Assembly: GCF_000253055.1 (NCBI RefSeq)
Contig: NC_016070.1
Coordinates: forward strand, 570,001-602,000
Direction: 5' to 3'
Length of the DNA stretch: 32,000 nt
From: Thermoproteus tenax Kra 1
GTDB taxonomy: Archaea > Thermoproteota > Thermoprotei > Thermoproteales > Thermoproteaceae
Shown piece by piece: positions 8,566 to 17,136 of this stretch. The notes below the pieces were generated by a model. It did no database searches and was not told the origin of the DNA. It worked only from the letters and a program-made list of their open reading frames with translations. How positions within the stretch are numbered: position 1 is the stretch's first letter; every line of letters starts with the position of its first letter. The translations under genes were made by a program, and so were the position numbers.

Positions 8566-8738
8566 CGCTGGGCCGAGCGCATTGACGCTGAGGAGACATG
8601 CCGTATAGAGAGGCGCAGCTGTATATTCGCCTTTGTCCCCGTTGTGGAGCCAAGATGAAATAGTGAAAGCGCACAAACAGACACAACATCCCCGGCTCTA
8701 GGCTCTGAAGCTGCAAAGGGGGCGCGACCGGAAGATGA

Positions 8739-10451
8739 TTATAATATTACTTGTTCCCAGGGATACCTCTTACTCCATTTTTCCTCCCTTAACCTCTTGA
8801 GCTCCTCCATCATACTCTCAAATTCAGCCCTCTCTATACGTCTGAAGAGCGGTTGCACATCTCCGAGAGCTACGCCCGGATCGGGCCTTCTGGTCGCCTC
8901 TCTCCACAAGATGGGCGGCCTCAGTCCCATCATCTGCCAGAGCCTCTCCATCGATGCGGGCACCACTGGGTACATAATTATTGCAACGTTTCTCACGGCC
9001 CAATAGGCGTTGTACATTATAGTATTCGCCTCCTCTGGCCTCTCCTTCGCCGCTTGCCAAGGGGCCCTCAAATTGAGATATCTATTTCCCTCCCTAGCCA
9101 ACTCGACCGCTGTAGCCAAGGCATCTTTCAACTCTATTCTTTCGTAGTGCTCCTCCGCCTTCTTGGTGAGCTCCTGTATCTTGGCCGCGAAGGCCTCGTC
9201 CTCCGCCGTTGAGGCTCCAGGCGCGGGGACGACTCCCTTCATCCTGCTCTTTATGAACGAGAGGACGCGGTGGACGAAATTCCCCACATCGTCGTTCATA
9301 ATCTTGTTAATTATATCCAGAGCGGTTGCCCACGTGAAATCCACATCTCTGTTCTCGGGCCTTAAATACACTAGGACGAAACGCCAGTAGTCGGCCGGCA
9401 TAAGCTTCAAGGCCTCGTCGATCCATATGCCCCACCTCCTGCTCTTAGATATCTTGTCTCCCTCGTATGTGAGATACTCTGTGGACGACGTAGTGAGCCT
9501 AGTGGTGTAGCCCTCGCCGCTTGCGAAGATCAGCGCCGGCAGTATAATCACGTGGAACGGTATATTGTCCTTGCCTACGAAGAACACAGCCTTCGCCGAG
9601 GGGTCCTTCCAGAAGTACTCCCACTTCTCCGGCTCCCCTCGCGCCTCAAAATACTCCTTGACCGCAGAAATGTACCCCAACACGGCCTCGAACCACACGT
9701 AGATAGTCTTGCCCTCGGCTCCGGGGAACGGGGCCGGTATGCCCCATCTGTTGTCCCTAGTTATGGCCCTGGCCCTCAGACCTTCTCTGAGTATTGACAA
9801 GGACATCTCCCGGGCGTTCTGGGGGAGCTCGCTGTTGTTCTCCACGTATCTCTTCACGGGCTCCTCCAGCCTCTTTAAATCTAGATACCAATGTTTAGTT
9901 TTGCGCCACTCAGGCTTGGCGCCACAGATTGCGCATTTCGGCTCTACGAGGAGCCGCGGCTCGAGGAGTCTGCCGCACCTCTCGCACTGATCTCCTCTCG
10001 CCCTCTCATATCCGCAGTATGGACATTTGCCTATAATGAATCTATCTGGCAGAAAGATCTTGTCGTTGGGACAGTACGGGAGCTCATCCTCTTGTATAAA
10101 TATATAATTATTTTTATATATTTTTTCAAAAAATTTTCGAACAAACCCAATATGAGTTTCACTATGTGTATGAGTATATAAATCGAATGAAATATTCCAA
10201 CGTTTAAACAGCTCCGACACTATCTCGTGCATCCGCATGGCGTACTCTTTGGGGTCCACGCCCAACTGTATCGCCTCTACCTCTATAGGCGTTCCATGCA
10301 TGTCTGAGCCCGACACAAACACAACTTCGTGTTCCCTCATCCTTAGGTACCGTGCGTATACGTCTGCAGATAGCACTGAGCCTATCATGTTGCCTATATG
10401 GGGGACCGTCTGTACGTAGGGCCACGCACTGCCTATAATGAACTTTGCCAT
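8739..10451 (-). CDS. metG: Methionine--tRNA ligase, catalytic (alpha) polypeptide without the C-terminal tRNA-binding domain
   Basis: HIGN motif ([19 protein letters not shown]), zinc knuckles ([18 protein letters not shown]...CAICG) and KMSKS-type loop (KISKSRRWG). Confidence 0.95.
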   Translation of the reverse strand: MAKFIIGSAWPYVQTVPHIGNMIGSVLSADVYARYLRMREHEVVFVSGSDMHGTPIEVEAIQLGVDPKEYAMRMHEIVSELFKRWNISFDLYTHTHSETHIGFVRKFFEKIYKNNYIFIQEDELPYCPNDKIFLPDRFIIGKCPYCGYERARGDQCERCGRLLEPRLLVEPKCAICGAKPEWRKTKHWYLDLKRLEEPVKRYVENNSELPQNAREMSLSILREGLRARAITRDNRWGIPAPFPGAEGKTIYVWFEAVLGYISAVKEYFEARGEPEKWEYFWKDPSAKAVFFVGKDNIPFHVIILPALIFASGEGYTTRLTTSSTEYLTYEGDKISKSRRWGIWIDEALKLMPADYWRFVLVYLRPENRDVDFTWATALDIINKIMNDDVGNFVHRVLSFIKSRMKGVVPAPGASTAEDEAFAAKIQELTKKAEEHYERIELKDALATAVELAREGNRYLNLRAPWQAAKERPEEANTIMYNAYWAVRNVAIIMYPVVPASMERLWQMMGLRPPILWREATRRPDPGVALGDVQPLFRRIERAEFESMMEELKRLREEKWSKRYPWEQVIL

Positions 10452-10501
10452 GGGACGAGATCCTTCTGATTCTATAAAAATTTCGAGATCTCCTCCTGGG
10501 A

Positions 10502-11206
10502 TCAGCGGCCGAACCTCCTCTGCCTTCTTGTGTACTCCTCTAGTATCTCTCTTAGGTCCTCCTTCTCTATCTCGGGCCAGTACTTATCTAAAAAGAAGAG
10601 CTCAGTGTACGCACTCTGATACAGGAGGAAGTTGCTCAACCTCTTCTCGCCGCCCGTCCTAATAAGTATGTCCGGCTCCGGGTACTGGAGATAGCTCGTG
10701 TCGAGACAATTGAACAAGCTAGTCTCATTCAATTCCGCCAGTCTAACCTCGCCGTTTATGATCCTCTTGATGCACCTCACTATCTCCGCGCGTCCACCAT
10801 ACCCCAGGGCCAATGTGAGGTCGTAATCGCCGTACCTCTCAGTCTCTTTCTCGAGCTTCTCCATCTCCTCCACTAGATCCCGCGGCAGAATTGATCTATC
10901 TCCGATGAATCTAACTCTGACCCTGTTGTCGTGAATTATGGGATCTTCCCGCGTCCTCCTTATTTCGTCCTTGAATACTCTGAAGAGGAGCTCCAGCTCG
11001 GCCTTGCTCCTCTGCAGATTTTCGGTGGAGAGCGCGTAGAAGGTCATATGTTTTATCTCCCTATATTCAAGGACCCAGGTGGCGAATTTCCTCACCTTCT
11101 CCACGCCCCTCCTATAGGCCTCCAGGAAACTCAGCCCATATTTCTTGGCGTATCTCCTATTGCCGTCCGGTATAACTGCGATGTGTTTCGGAAGTCTAAC
11201 AGACAT
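10502..11206 (-). CDS. uppS: Cis-prenyltransferase (undecaprenyl/di-trans,poly-cis-polyprenyl diphosphate synthase)
   Basis: [49 protein letters not shown]. Confidence 0.93.
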   Translation of the reverse strand: MSVRLPKHIAVIPDGNRRYAKKYGLSFLEAYRRGVEKVRKFATWVLEYREIKHMTFYALSTENLQRSKAELELLFRVFKDEIRRTREDPIIHDNRVRVRFIGDRSILPRDLVEEMEKLEKETERYGDYDLTLALGYGGRAEIVRCIKRIINGEVRLAELNETSLFNCLDTSYLQYPEPDILIRTGGEKRLSNFLLYQSAYTELFFLDKYWPEIEKEDLREILEEYTRRQRRFGR

Positions 11207-11522
11207 TTTCCCCCACGTGTCTGTCGTCTTGTTCTAACGTCGTCAAGAGCGTCGGCTTTTCGCAGGTGGCCAACAACATGCCCTGGCTCTCATACCCCAT
11301 GATAGTCCTAGGTTGGAGGTTTGCGACTACTACGACGTATTTCCCCACGAGGTCCTCCGGCCTGTAGACCTCCGCCAGGCCCGCCACGATCTGTCTCCTC
11401 TCAGAGCCTAGATCTACTATCAGCCTTATGAGCTTTCTAGACCCCTCTATTCGGGCCGCCTCGACGACCTTTCCGACTTTCAATTGTATCTTTTTAAAGT
11501 CGTCTATCGTAATAAAGCTCAC
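11196..11522 (-). CDS. tRNA-binding domain protein (Trbp111/EMAP-like; MetRS beta-subunit-like)
   Basis: 108 aa. FKKIQLKVGKVVEAARIEGSRKLIRLIVDLG....IVAGLAEVY.PEDLVGKYVVVVANLQPR.IMGYESQGMLLA is the OB-fold domain normally fused to the MetRS C-terminus. GTG start ~24 nt downstream of a BRE/TATA. Overlaps uppS by 11 nt. Confidence 0.85.
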   Translation of the reverse strand: MSFITIDDFKKIQLKVGKVVEAARIEGSRKLIRLIVDLGSERRQIVAGLAEVYRPEDLVGKYVVVVANLQPRTIMGYESQGMLLATCEKPTLLTTLEQDDRHVGENVC

Positions 11523-11534
11523 AGCAAGGCGTCT

Positions 11535-11556
11535 CGAAATGTATATAAAGTTTACC
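11535..11556. promoter_or_regulatory. BRE/TATA element, possibly bidirectional
   Basis: On the minus strand, GGTAAA-C-TTTATATA is centred ~24 nt upstream of GTG 11522. On the plus strand the same element reads TATATAAA (11542-11549), ~27-34 nt upstream of the terminal stem of the GC-rich RNA, which starts at 11576. Confidence 0.5.
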
Positions 11557-11572
11557 GCATCTTTACAGCAGA

Positions 11573-11852
11573 AAGCCTCGCCCTTCAGGGCGTGGTGAAT
11601 TTAATCTACGGCAGAGCTGGTGAAGACAGCGGAAGGGAGGGGCAAGGACGGGCGCCGCGCGGGGGCGAACCCAAGCGCGGAATGGCCCAGGCGGGGGACG
11701 CCGCAGTGCCCTCCGCCCGGGCTGTCCGCCTGAGGCCCATCCCCACGGCGGCGCAGGATAGAGGCGTACTGCCCGACGTCGAACGGATCAACCCCGAGGA
11801 GGGGCAACGGGTGAGGCCCCAACGGTGGAAACTCCGCCTAAGGCGAGGAGGA
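11573..11852 (+). ncRNA. GC-rich structured RNA, family unassigned (RNase P RNA is the leading guess)
   Basis: This ~280-nt block is far more GC-rich than its flanks, and its only ORFs translate to Arg/Gly/Pro-rich nonsense. A terminal stem CCUCGCC (11576-82) pairs with GGCGAGG (11842-48). Internal hairpins include CCGCGC/GCGCGG, GGCGGGGG/CCCUCCGCC (with a G.U pair, which favours the plus strand) and CCCC-GAGGA-GGGG. The 3' segment GGUGGAAACUCCGCCUAAGGCGAGG resembles the RNase P CR-V/P4-to-P1 layout. The ends are approximate. Confidence 0.6.
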
Positions 11853-11854
11853 GG

Positions 11855-12250
11855 TCATCTTAAGACTAGGTCCCTATAGGCAGGGCCTACCGCGTAGACT
11901 ATCACATTCTTCAGAGCTGCCGAATCTTTGATCTCGTAATTGATCTGCACAGCGACCCCTTGCGCTATATGGACGAATGCCACTCTCTCTATAAAATTTC
12001 CCACAATTCTCTCTTGGACAGGAGTTATGGTCGCAAAGTCGTCGCCGCCCACCGCCAGATAGACATCGAGCCTCTGGAGAGTCCCGTCTGGAGAAACTCT
12101 GCACTCTATAAAGATGGGCCCGTCAACCTTTTTCAACTCGACGGGGACGCCGATTTTTTTGAACTTGGAGATAACCATTGAGACTGTGTTCACAACTTGG
12201 TCCTTGCTCGGCAACGGCAACAACATCACCGCCGGCGGCGCGGAGATCAT
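11855..12250 (-). CDS. Hypothetical protein, co-transcribed with the large surface protein
   Basis: 131-aa ORF starting 5 nt after the stop of 12256..14745. Normal composition. No family recognised. Confidence 0.5.
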   Translation of the reverse strand: MISAPPAVMLLPLPSKDQVVNTVSMVISKFKKIGVPVELKKVDGPIFIECRVSPDGTLQRLDVYLAVGGDDFATITPVQERIVGNFIERVAFVHIAQGVAVQINYEIKDSAALKNVIVYAVGPAYRDLVLR

Positions 12251-12255
12251 ACAAC

Positions 12256-14745
12256 CTAGTCTTTACCTCTCTTTAACTTTATCGCAACGACGGCCGCGTA
12301 GGCTATGCCGAATGCGGCCATATAACCCAACAGCAGCACCTCGGGCACGCCGAGGATGCTCTCGACCACAGTGACGGCCTCGGCGTTTGAGTAGTTTGCA
12401 TCCACATATGGATTACCGCCGTAATACGCCCTAACTATGTAGGAGCCTGGAGCTGGCAACTCTATGTGTGTAACAGTCCTCTGACTATTTATATATTCAG
12501 TAAAAGAATATGTATTATTATTATTAATATTTTGAGCAATAATAGTAAGAGTACTATTATATATCTTCGCTGATGTACTAATTATCACTATTACGTCGAT
12601 CTTTGAATTGGGCAGAGCCAATCTGGAGGGGATCTCAATTATGATGCTGGAGGGGTTCTTCTGGACCTCCACTACGGCGGAGGCCTTACATGAATAGTAT
12701 CTATCGTCGCCGGGAAAGATGGCCGACAATATGTGGCTGCCCGTCGAATTAAACGTTATATTGCCGAGTCTGAATTTCCCTACGTAGTTATTATCAACAT
12801 ATATATATGGCGTCACTTGGCTTTCCAACAAAATAGTATAAGTATGTAATACATATACTTTTGATGAATTTAATAAAATTTTTATATAACAATTTGCTTT
12901 ACTAATATATATTAATTTTGTGGCATATCCACTAGAGTAGTTCTTTGAGGCGCTCTGAAACACAGCTGTGATGTTAAATACGCCCGACCTCGGCGGACTC
13001 CACGACACATTGACAAAGGAGAGGGGTGCGCTGTAGATCAACGTATTGTTTACATAGATAGATAGCGTGCCCGCCACAGACGGACTAGCCCGCGCCCATA
13101 TGGAGATAGGCACGCCGTAGACCGAGCGGTCGGGCGCCGAGATCTCCACAGATACTGTAGCGCTCTCAACGATGAGCACCGCCGAGGCAGATGTCGGGAA
13201 GAGGTTGGGCGATCCAGGATAGCTGACAGTTATAGTGTAGATGCCGGCTGGGAGAGGCGGCAGAGATATGGCTGCAGAGCCGTTGACGAAGACCTCCTCG
13301 GTGAAGTTCGATACTCTCACGTCTACATAGCCTTGGACCGGCCTGCCGTATACTGTGAGCCTCACAGGGATTGTCAGGCTTTCCCCGTAGCGCGCCTTGA
13401 TTTCATACGGCAGAGAGAGCGAGGGCTGCGAGCGAGCGACGACCAATGTGACATTGTAGTAAGCCGGGAGAAAGTTTCTACTAGACGGCGTAAAGGCCAC
13501 AGTGAGGCTGTGGACGCCTGCGCCCAACTCCATTGTGTCTATTGTGAACCCATTGAGTCTTCCGTCGACGTAGACAGCCTCCGATCCTTGGGGCTCGACA
13601 GTCGAATAGGCTCTCGCCGATATCTGGGCCACTTGTCCGTAGTTTAACACGACTACGCTTCCCGCTGTAGAGCCGTTGACGAAGACCTTGAGCGAGACTG
13701 GGGCGGGGCTCACAATGAGGTATCGGGCGAGGGCCTCCTCCGTCGTGTTGACGGTCTGCAGAGCTACTGTAGTCACGTTGTAGACTCCGGCATCTAGGGA
13801 CGGCAGATTCACAACAAGAGGCGTAATGCCCGACGCCACTGTAGTGCCGTTCACTAATACAACTACGGGCAACTTGAGCGGGGCGCCCGCCACGTAGGCA
13901 ACCACCGAATAGCTAATCGGCGTTCCATAGGTCGTCCTCTCCGAGAACCCGCTCAACCTCACCTCAGGGCTGGCCCTATTTATTGTAAGAGTGGCGTTGG
14001 CCAAAATCAACGAGCCTTCGTAGAGCAAGAGCGTGAAGTTGCCGGCCGGCAATGCGAACCTCGGTATCGATGCCCCCGACTGAGCGGATGCGCTGAAAAG
14101 GACCGCGCTCGAGTTCTCAATTATGAGCATGCCAGGCTCCGCCAGCGGGGGGCTCATCGTGAGGTTCACTCCGTAGCCGTATGTAGAACTGAGGGGAGAG
14201 ATAGTCGGCGTCACTATGTAGGTGAATCTGGCGTAGAACGTGCCGTTCGTGAGAAGCATTGAGTAAAGGCCAGAGTAGGGAGGGACATAGCTCGTGTTGA
14301 GGGGAACTGCAGTCCCATTGGCATATAGCTTTATACCTATACAAGATGAAGATACATTTACATATATTTTACTAGTAAAGTTTGCTGATGAATAATTAAT
14401 ATAACATATATTTTCTACTGGTAGTATTTTCTCAGTCCCGTTAACTTTGATAATAACAGGATTGCCTGTAGGATATAGCCCTACATTTATTATATTGTTT
14501 TTAATAACTATAAAATCTATTATAGCATTAGTAATATTTATTTTTGTTGAATTTATATTTATTGATGAATTTATTATTATCGTTATATTTGTATATGTAT
14601 TTGCGTTAACAGCCGATGGATACACCTGCATATCGCTATCCCATAGATATGGCACATTGAACAGAGAGCCGGCATAAACGTTAATAGATACTGCGACAGA
14701 GACTAATATGAGTATTAAGGCGATGACCTTCGACGTCTGGGGCAC
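12256..14745 (-). CDS. Large secreted, C-terminally membrane-anchored, sequon-rich surface (S-layer/adhesin-like) glycoprotein
   Basis: The GTG at 14745 gives a classical signal peptide (M-PQTSKVIALILILVSVAVSINVYA/GS) and lies 25 nt downstream of CCTTTATAGC (14766-73). The ORF track's alternative start at 14826 would overlap the divergent HAD gene by 119 nt. The protein has repeated beta-sandwich-like modules (recurring YG.PI, VNG, AG.Y.IT), very many N-x-S/T sequons, and a C-terminal TM helix plus basic tail (LLLGYMAAFGIAYAAVVAIKLKRGKD). Confidence 0.7.
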   Translation of the reverse strand: MPQTSKVIALILILVSVAVSINVYAGSLFNVPYLWDSDMQVYPSAVNANTYTNITIIINSSININSTKINITNAIIDFIVIKNNIINVGLYPTGNPVIIKVNGTEKILPVENICYINYSSANFTSKIYVNVSSSCIGIKLYANGTAVPLNTSYVPPYSGLYSMLLTNGTFYARFTYIVTPTISPLSSTYGYGVNLTMSPPLAEPGMLIIENSSAVLFSASAQSGASIPRFALPAGNFTLLLYEGSLILANATLTINRASPEVRLSGFSERTTYGTPISYSVVAYVAGAPLKLPVVVLVNGTTVASGITPLVVNLPSLDAGVYNVTTVALQTVNTTEEALARYLIVSPAPVSLKVFVNGSTAGSVVVLNYGQVAQISARAYSTVEPQGSEAVYVDGRLNGFTIDTMELGAGVHSLTVAFTPSSRNFLPAYYNVTLVVARSQPSLSLPYEIKARYGESLTIPVRLTVYGRPVQGYVDVRVSNFTEEVFVNGSAAISLPPLPAGIYTITVSYPGSPNLFPTSASAVLIVESATVSVEISAPDRSVYGVPISIWARASPSVAGTLSIYVNNTLIYSAPLSFVNVSWSPPRSGVFNITAVFQSASKNYSSGYATKLIYISKANCYIKILLNSSKVYVLHTYTILLESQVTPYIYVDNNYVGKFRLGNITFNSTGSHILSAIFPGDDRYYSCKASAVVEVQKNPSSIIIEIPSRLALPNSKIDVIVIISTSAKIYNSTLTIIAQNINNNNTYSFTEYINSQRTVTHIELPAPGSYIVRAYYGGNPYVDANYSNAEAVTVVESILGVPEVLLLGYMAAFGIAYAAVVAIKLKRGKD

Positions 14746-15460
14746 TATCTTCCCAGTGGAGCCCGCTATAAAGGTTGTCGCCGATGTTCTAACGAAGGCG
14801 TTGGGCAATAGAGTGCCGTGGAGCACTATCTACTCCTTTATACAAGACGAGAGGAGGGCATTAAAGTTGGCGCGTAGAGAGAGACAAGAGCTCATACCGC
14901 CCACCTACAACCTCTTCAACATAAGGAGGAAACTAAGGGAGAGGGGCATCCTCGCCGATTTTGACGTATACGAGGCCCAAGACCTAATCGATAAGGCGGT
15001 GGGAGCCCTTGAGATCTCTCCATTTTTAGACGCCGTGGAGGCCGCCAAGGCTGCCCGCGACGATGGATACAAATTGGGTATAGTCTCCAATGTGCTCCTA
15101 TGGAGATCCAGGGCGACTAGAGAGCTGTTGACTAAATACGGTATAGCTGATCTCTTCGACGTACAGATCTACGCTGACGACGTTGGCTACGTCAAGCCGA
15201 GCATCAAGCTATTCGAGATGGCGTCCTCGCTCCTCGCGGGCGACGTCATACCGGACGTCTATATACACGTCGGAGACGACCTCTTTGAGGACTTCTTAGG
15301 GGCTATTATGTCCGGTTTCCAGGCCGTACTAGTGGACCGCGCCGGCGTCTACATCAAGAGGGAGTACCACGAGGCTATTCCTTGCAGAGCATATATAGCC
15401 CGCGATCTGAGGGCGCTGCCCCTAATCGCCCATCAGATAGAGAGCTGTGTCAGTAGATAA
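14708..15460 (+). CDS. HAD-superfamily hydrolase (haloacid dehalogenase type II-like / subfamily IA)
   Basis: Motif I FDVWGTIF (D-x-[YW]-G-T as in L-2-haloacid dehalogenase-like enzymes), GIVSNV, and motif IV HVGDDLFEDF. A TTAATAGAT box lies ~30 nt upstream. The ATG at 14723 is an alternative start. Confidence 0.8.
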   Translation: MSIKAMTFDVWGTIFPVEPAIKVVADVLTKALGNRVPWSTIYSFIQDERRALKLARRERQELIPPTYNLFNIRRKLRERGILADFDVYEAQDLIDKAVGALEISPFLDAVEAAKAARDDGYKLGIVSNVLLWRSRATRELLTKYGIADLFDVQIYADDVGYVKPSIKLFEMASSLLAGDVIPDVYIHVGDDLFEDFLGAIMSGFQAVLVDRAGVYIKREYHEAIPCRAYIARDLRALPLIAHQIESCVSR

Positions 15461-16194
15461 CGTGCGTAGGACAGAAGCGATGATACGCCCGGGGACTCCT
15501 CGGGCCTGAGCTTTAGCACCTCTATCTCCAGAGCTTGTCTGGCGAGGCCCAACAGCGGATCGTAGGGTACCACGTGGGGCTCTTCTCCGAAGGCGTCTCT
15601 CACGATGTCGGGCCAGTCGCCGCCGTATATTCCGGAGACCTTGGCCTCTTTCATATACATATTGAGAATAGGCTTAAGCCGCCTTCCGCCCAACTCGGCC
15701 GATACCTCGGCTGCGGCGGCAACCGAGGATATGTCGGGCACTGTGACAGGGACCACGTAGTCGAACAAACCCTGTAGAGGGGAGCCTCTGCCCAACGGCG
15801 GAGAGTCTATTATTAATAACATGGAGCCGAGCCTCTGCTCTAGCTGTTTAGTAAGCGCCTCAAAGGGCTTTCTGAAGAAAGGCGCCGGCCTCGTCATGAA
15901 CGAGAACACCACGTTGAACTCGTCGCTCTGAATCTGCCACCGCCTCAAATAGAAGGCTTGTAGAGGGTCTATCAGTCTTCCGTCCAAATAGTCAGATAGA
16001 TTCATCCCCTTAACTTCGCGCGAGCCCATGAGCAACATGCTGGCTGTGCCGGGCGATGGAGTCAGATCTATCAAAACGACTGGATATTTACTCTTGTTCC
16101 TATACGCATAGGCCAACGCTACAGCGATGTTCACTGCGAGTGTCGTCTTGCCTGTACCTCCCTTAACACCTGAGGAGAAGGCCAGCGTCTTCAT
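15433..16194 (-). CDS. ParA/MinD-superfamily (SIMIBI) P-loop ATPase
   Basis: Deviant Walker A SSGVKGGTGKTTLAVN and Walker B LLIIDSPP. 253 aa. Its ATG overlaps the stop of the upstream small membrane ORF (ATGA-type overlap at 16191-16194). Confidence 0.85.
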   Translation of the reverse strand: MKTLAFSSGVKGGTGKTTLAVNIAVALAYAYRNKSKYPVVLIDLTPSPGTASMLLMGSREVKGMNLSDYLDGRLIDPLQAFYLRRWQIQSDEFNVVFSFMTRPAPFFRKPFEALTKQLEQRLGSMLLIIDSPPLGRGSPLQGLFDYVVPVTVPDISSVAAAAEVSAELGGRRLKPILNMYMKEAKVSGIYGGDWPDIVRDAFGEEPHVVPYDPLLGLARQALEIEVLKLRPEESPGVSSLLSYARYLLTQLSI

Positions 16195-16430
16195 TCTATC
16201 TGAGGCGGCCTTTCCTGTCGTCTTTTTATCTCCTCTGGCGTTATTGCGGTAGGCTTCGGCTCAACGCGCTGAGCGGGCTGTTGGCGGGAGGGCCTCGTGG
16301 GCCATATGATCAGAAGAGCTCCGACGAGGTACAGGCCCACGGCCACGATGGTAAATTGAGCGGCTTGTGTATACGGGAGCAGTATCAGTATCGACAGCGC
16401 TGTCAACAGTAGGCCTAGGTATTGTCTCAC
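16191..16430 (-). CDS. Small two-TM membrane protein with a charged Pro/Gln/Arg-rich tail
   Basis: I start it at GTG 16430 (M-RQYLGLLLTALSILILLPY...FTIVAVGLYLVGALLIIWP...). That position is ~24 nt downstream of the TTAATTAA box (16450-57) and beyond the stop of the upstream gene (16454). The 60-aa extension in the ORF track overlaps that gene and looks non-coding. Confidence 0.5.
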   Translation of the reverse strand: MRQYLGLLLTALSILILLPYTQAAQFTIVAVGLYLVGALLIIWPTRPSRQQPAQRVEPKPTAITPEEIKRRQERPPQIE

Positions 16431-16453
16431 ACGAAGATAAAAAATGTTGTTAA

Positions 16454-16762
16454 TTAAGTTCTTTCTGCGATTATGACAGCGCGGCGCACTATGTCGCACA
16501 CAGCAGCAAAGTCGCCTTGTGCCGCGGCCTCCCAAAGCGGCGTATTTCTCTTGAGGATGTATTTCTTGCCTATTTTGTCCAGAAGGCCTTGCGCCATTAG
16601 GGCCTCGCATATGGCCGCCACCCTCAATGTGACCGACCTAGTGGTTCTGTACCTCTCCTCAGACCACCTCGACACATCGCCGACAGTAAAGCTGACCACG
16701 TTCCCCTTGGCGCCCTCCACGAGCTTGGCCAGATACCTGCCTAAGATCTCGCAGACTTCCAC
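16454..16762 (-). CDS. Hypothetical small protein (possible winged-helix)
   Basis: 102-aa ORF with a GTG start and normal composition. Part of the same-strand cluster 15433-17847. Confidence 0.5.
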   Translation of the reverse strand: MEVCEILGRYLAKLVEGAKGNVVSFTVGDVSRWSEERYRTTRSVTLRVAAICEALMAQGLLDKIGKKYILKRNTPLWEAAAQGDFAAVCDIVRRAVIIAERT

Positions 16763-16792
16763 GACCCTATCGAACTATAGATAAAAATATTT

Positions 16793-17122
16793 TTATTTCG
16801 ATGAGGTGTATATCAGTCTGCCCTCTTCATCAAGCCGCCTTTTGATCCTCCCCTCCTTGGACAGCTCGTCGACTGCCCTCATGATATCGGCTGTGGTATA
16901 CCCCTTCGATCTCCCCCATTTGAATAGCTCGTCCTTACTCGCAGAACCCCGGCTCGATATGAACGAGTAGATCTCCTCTACGATATGCTCCTTCGTCGCT
17001 GTCGGCGTCGAGGAGGCGGCGGCTGGGCGGCTCTCCCCGCCAGTTGGGCTCTCCCCCAAGAAGGCCAACAGATCGCCTCCCTTTTTCTCCTCCCTCTTTC
17101 GCTTGGACACGTTTATTTCCAC
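16793..17122 (-). CDS. Small DNA-binding-like protein: basic N-terminus, low-complexity linker, C-terminal winged-helix-like domain
   Basis: 109 aa. KRKREEKKGG, then a Pro/Ser/Thr/Ala linker, then IVEEIYSFISSRGSASKDELFKWGRSKGYTTADIMRAVDELSKEGRIKRRLDEEGRLIY (helix-turn-helix plus wing pattern). Confidence 0.55.
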   Translation of the reverse strand: MEINVSKRKREEKKGGDLLAFLGESPTGGESRPAAASSTPTATKEHIVEEIYSFISSRGSASKDELFKWGRSKGYTTADIMRAVDELSKEGRIKRRLDEEGRLIYTSSK

Positions 17123-17136
17123 TCAGCTAGATATAA

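Noticed and set aside
8566-8738. 21-codon ORF (MPYREAQLYIRLCPRCGAKMK) in the metG / MiaB-like convergent spacer as a zinc-ribbon micro-protein
   Set aside because: It has only one CxxC pair and no recognisable promoter or SD. It is too short to distinguish from chance.
11484-11879. ORFs overlapping the first GC-rich block (11484..11879 +, 11601..11822 -, 11606..11791 -)
   Set aside because: Their translations are Arg/Gly/Pro/Ala-rich low-complexity strings typical of random frames through GC-rich structured RNA. The region folds into strong helices and has its own TATA box, so it is called ncRNA instead.
16431-16610. N-terminal 60 codons of ORF 16191..16610
   Set aside because: They overlap the better-looking 16454..16762 gene in another frame and encode Arg/Cys/His-rich junk. 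The GTG at 16430, behind a TTAATTAA box, gives a clean 2-TM protein.
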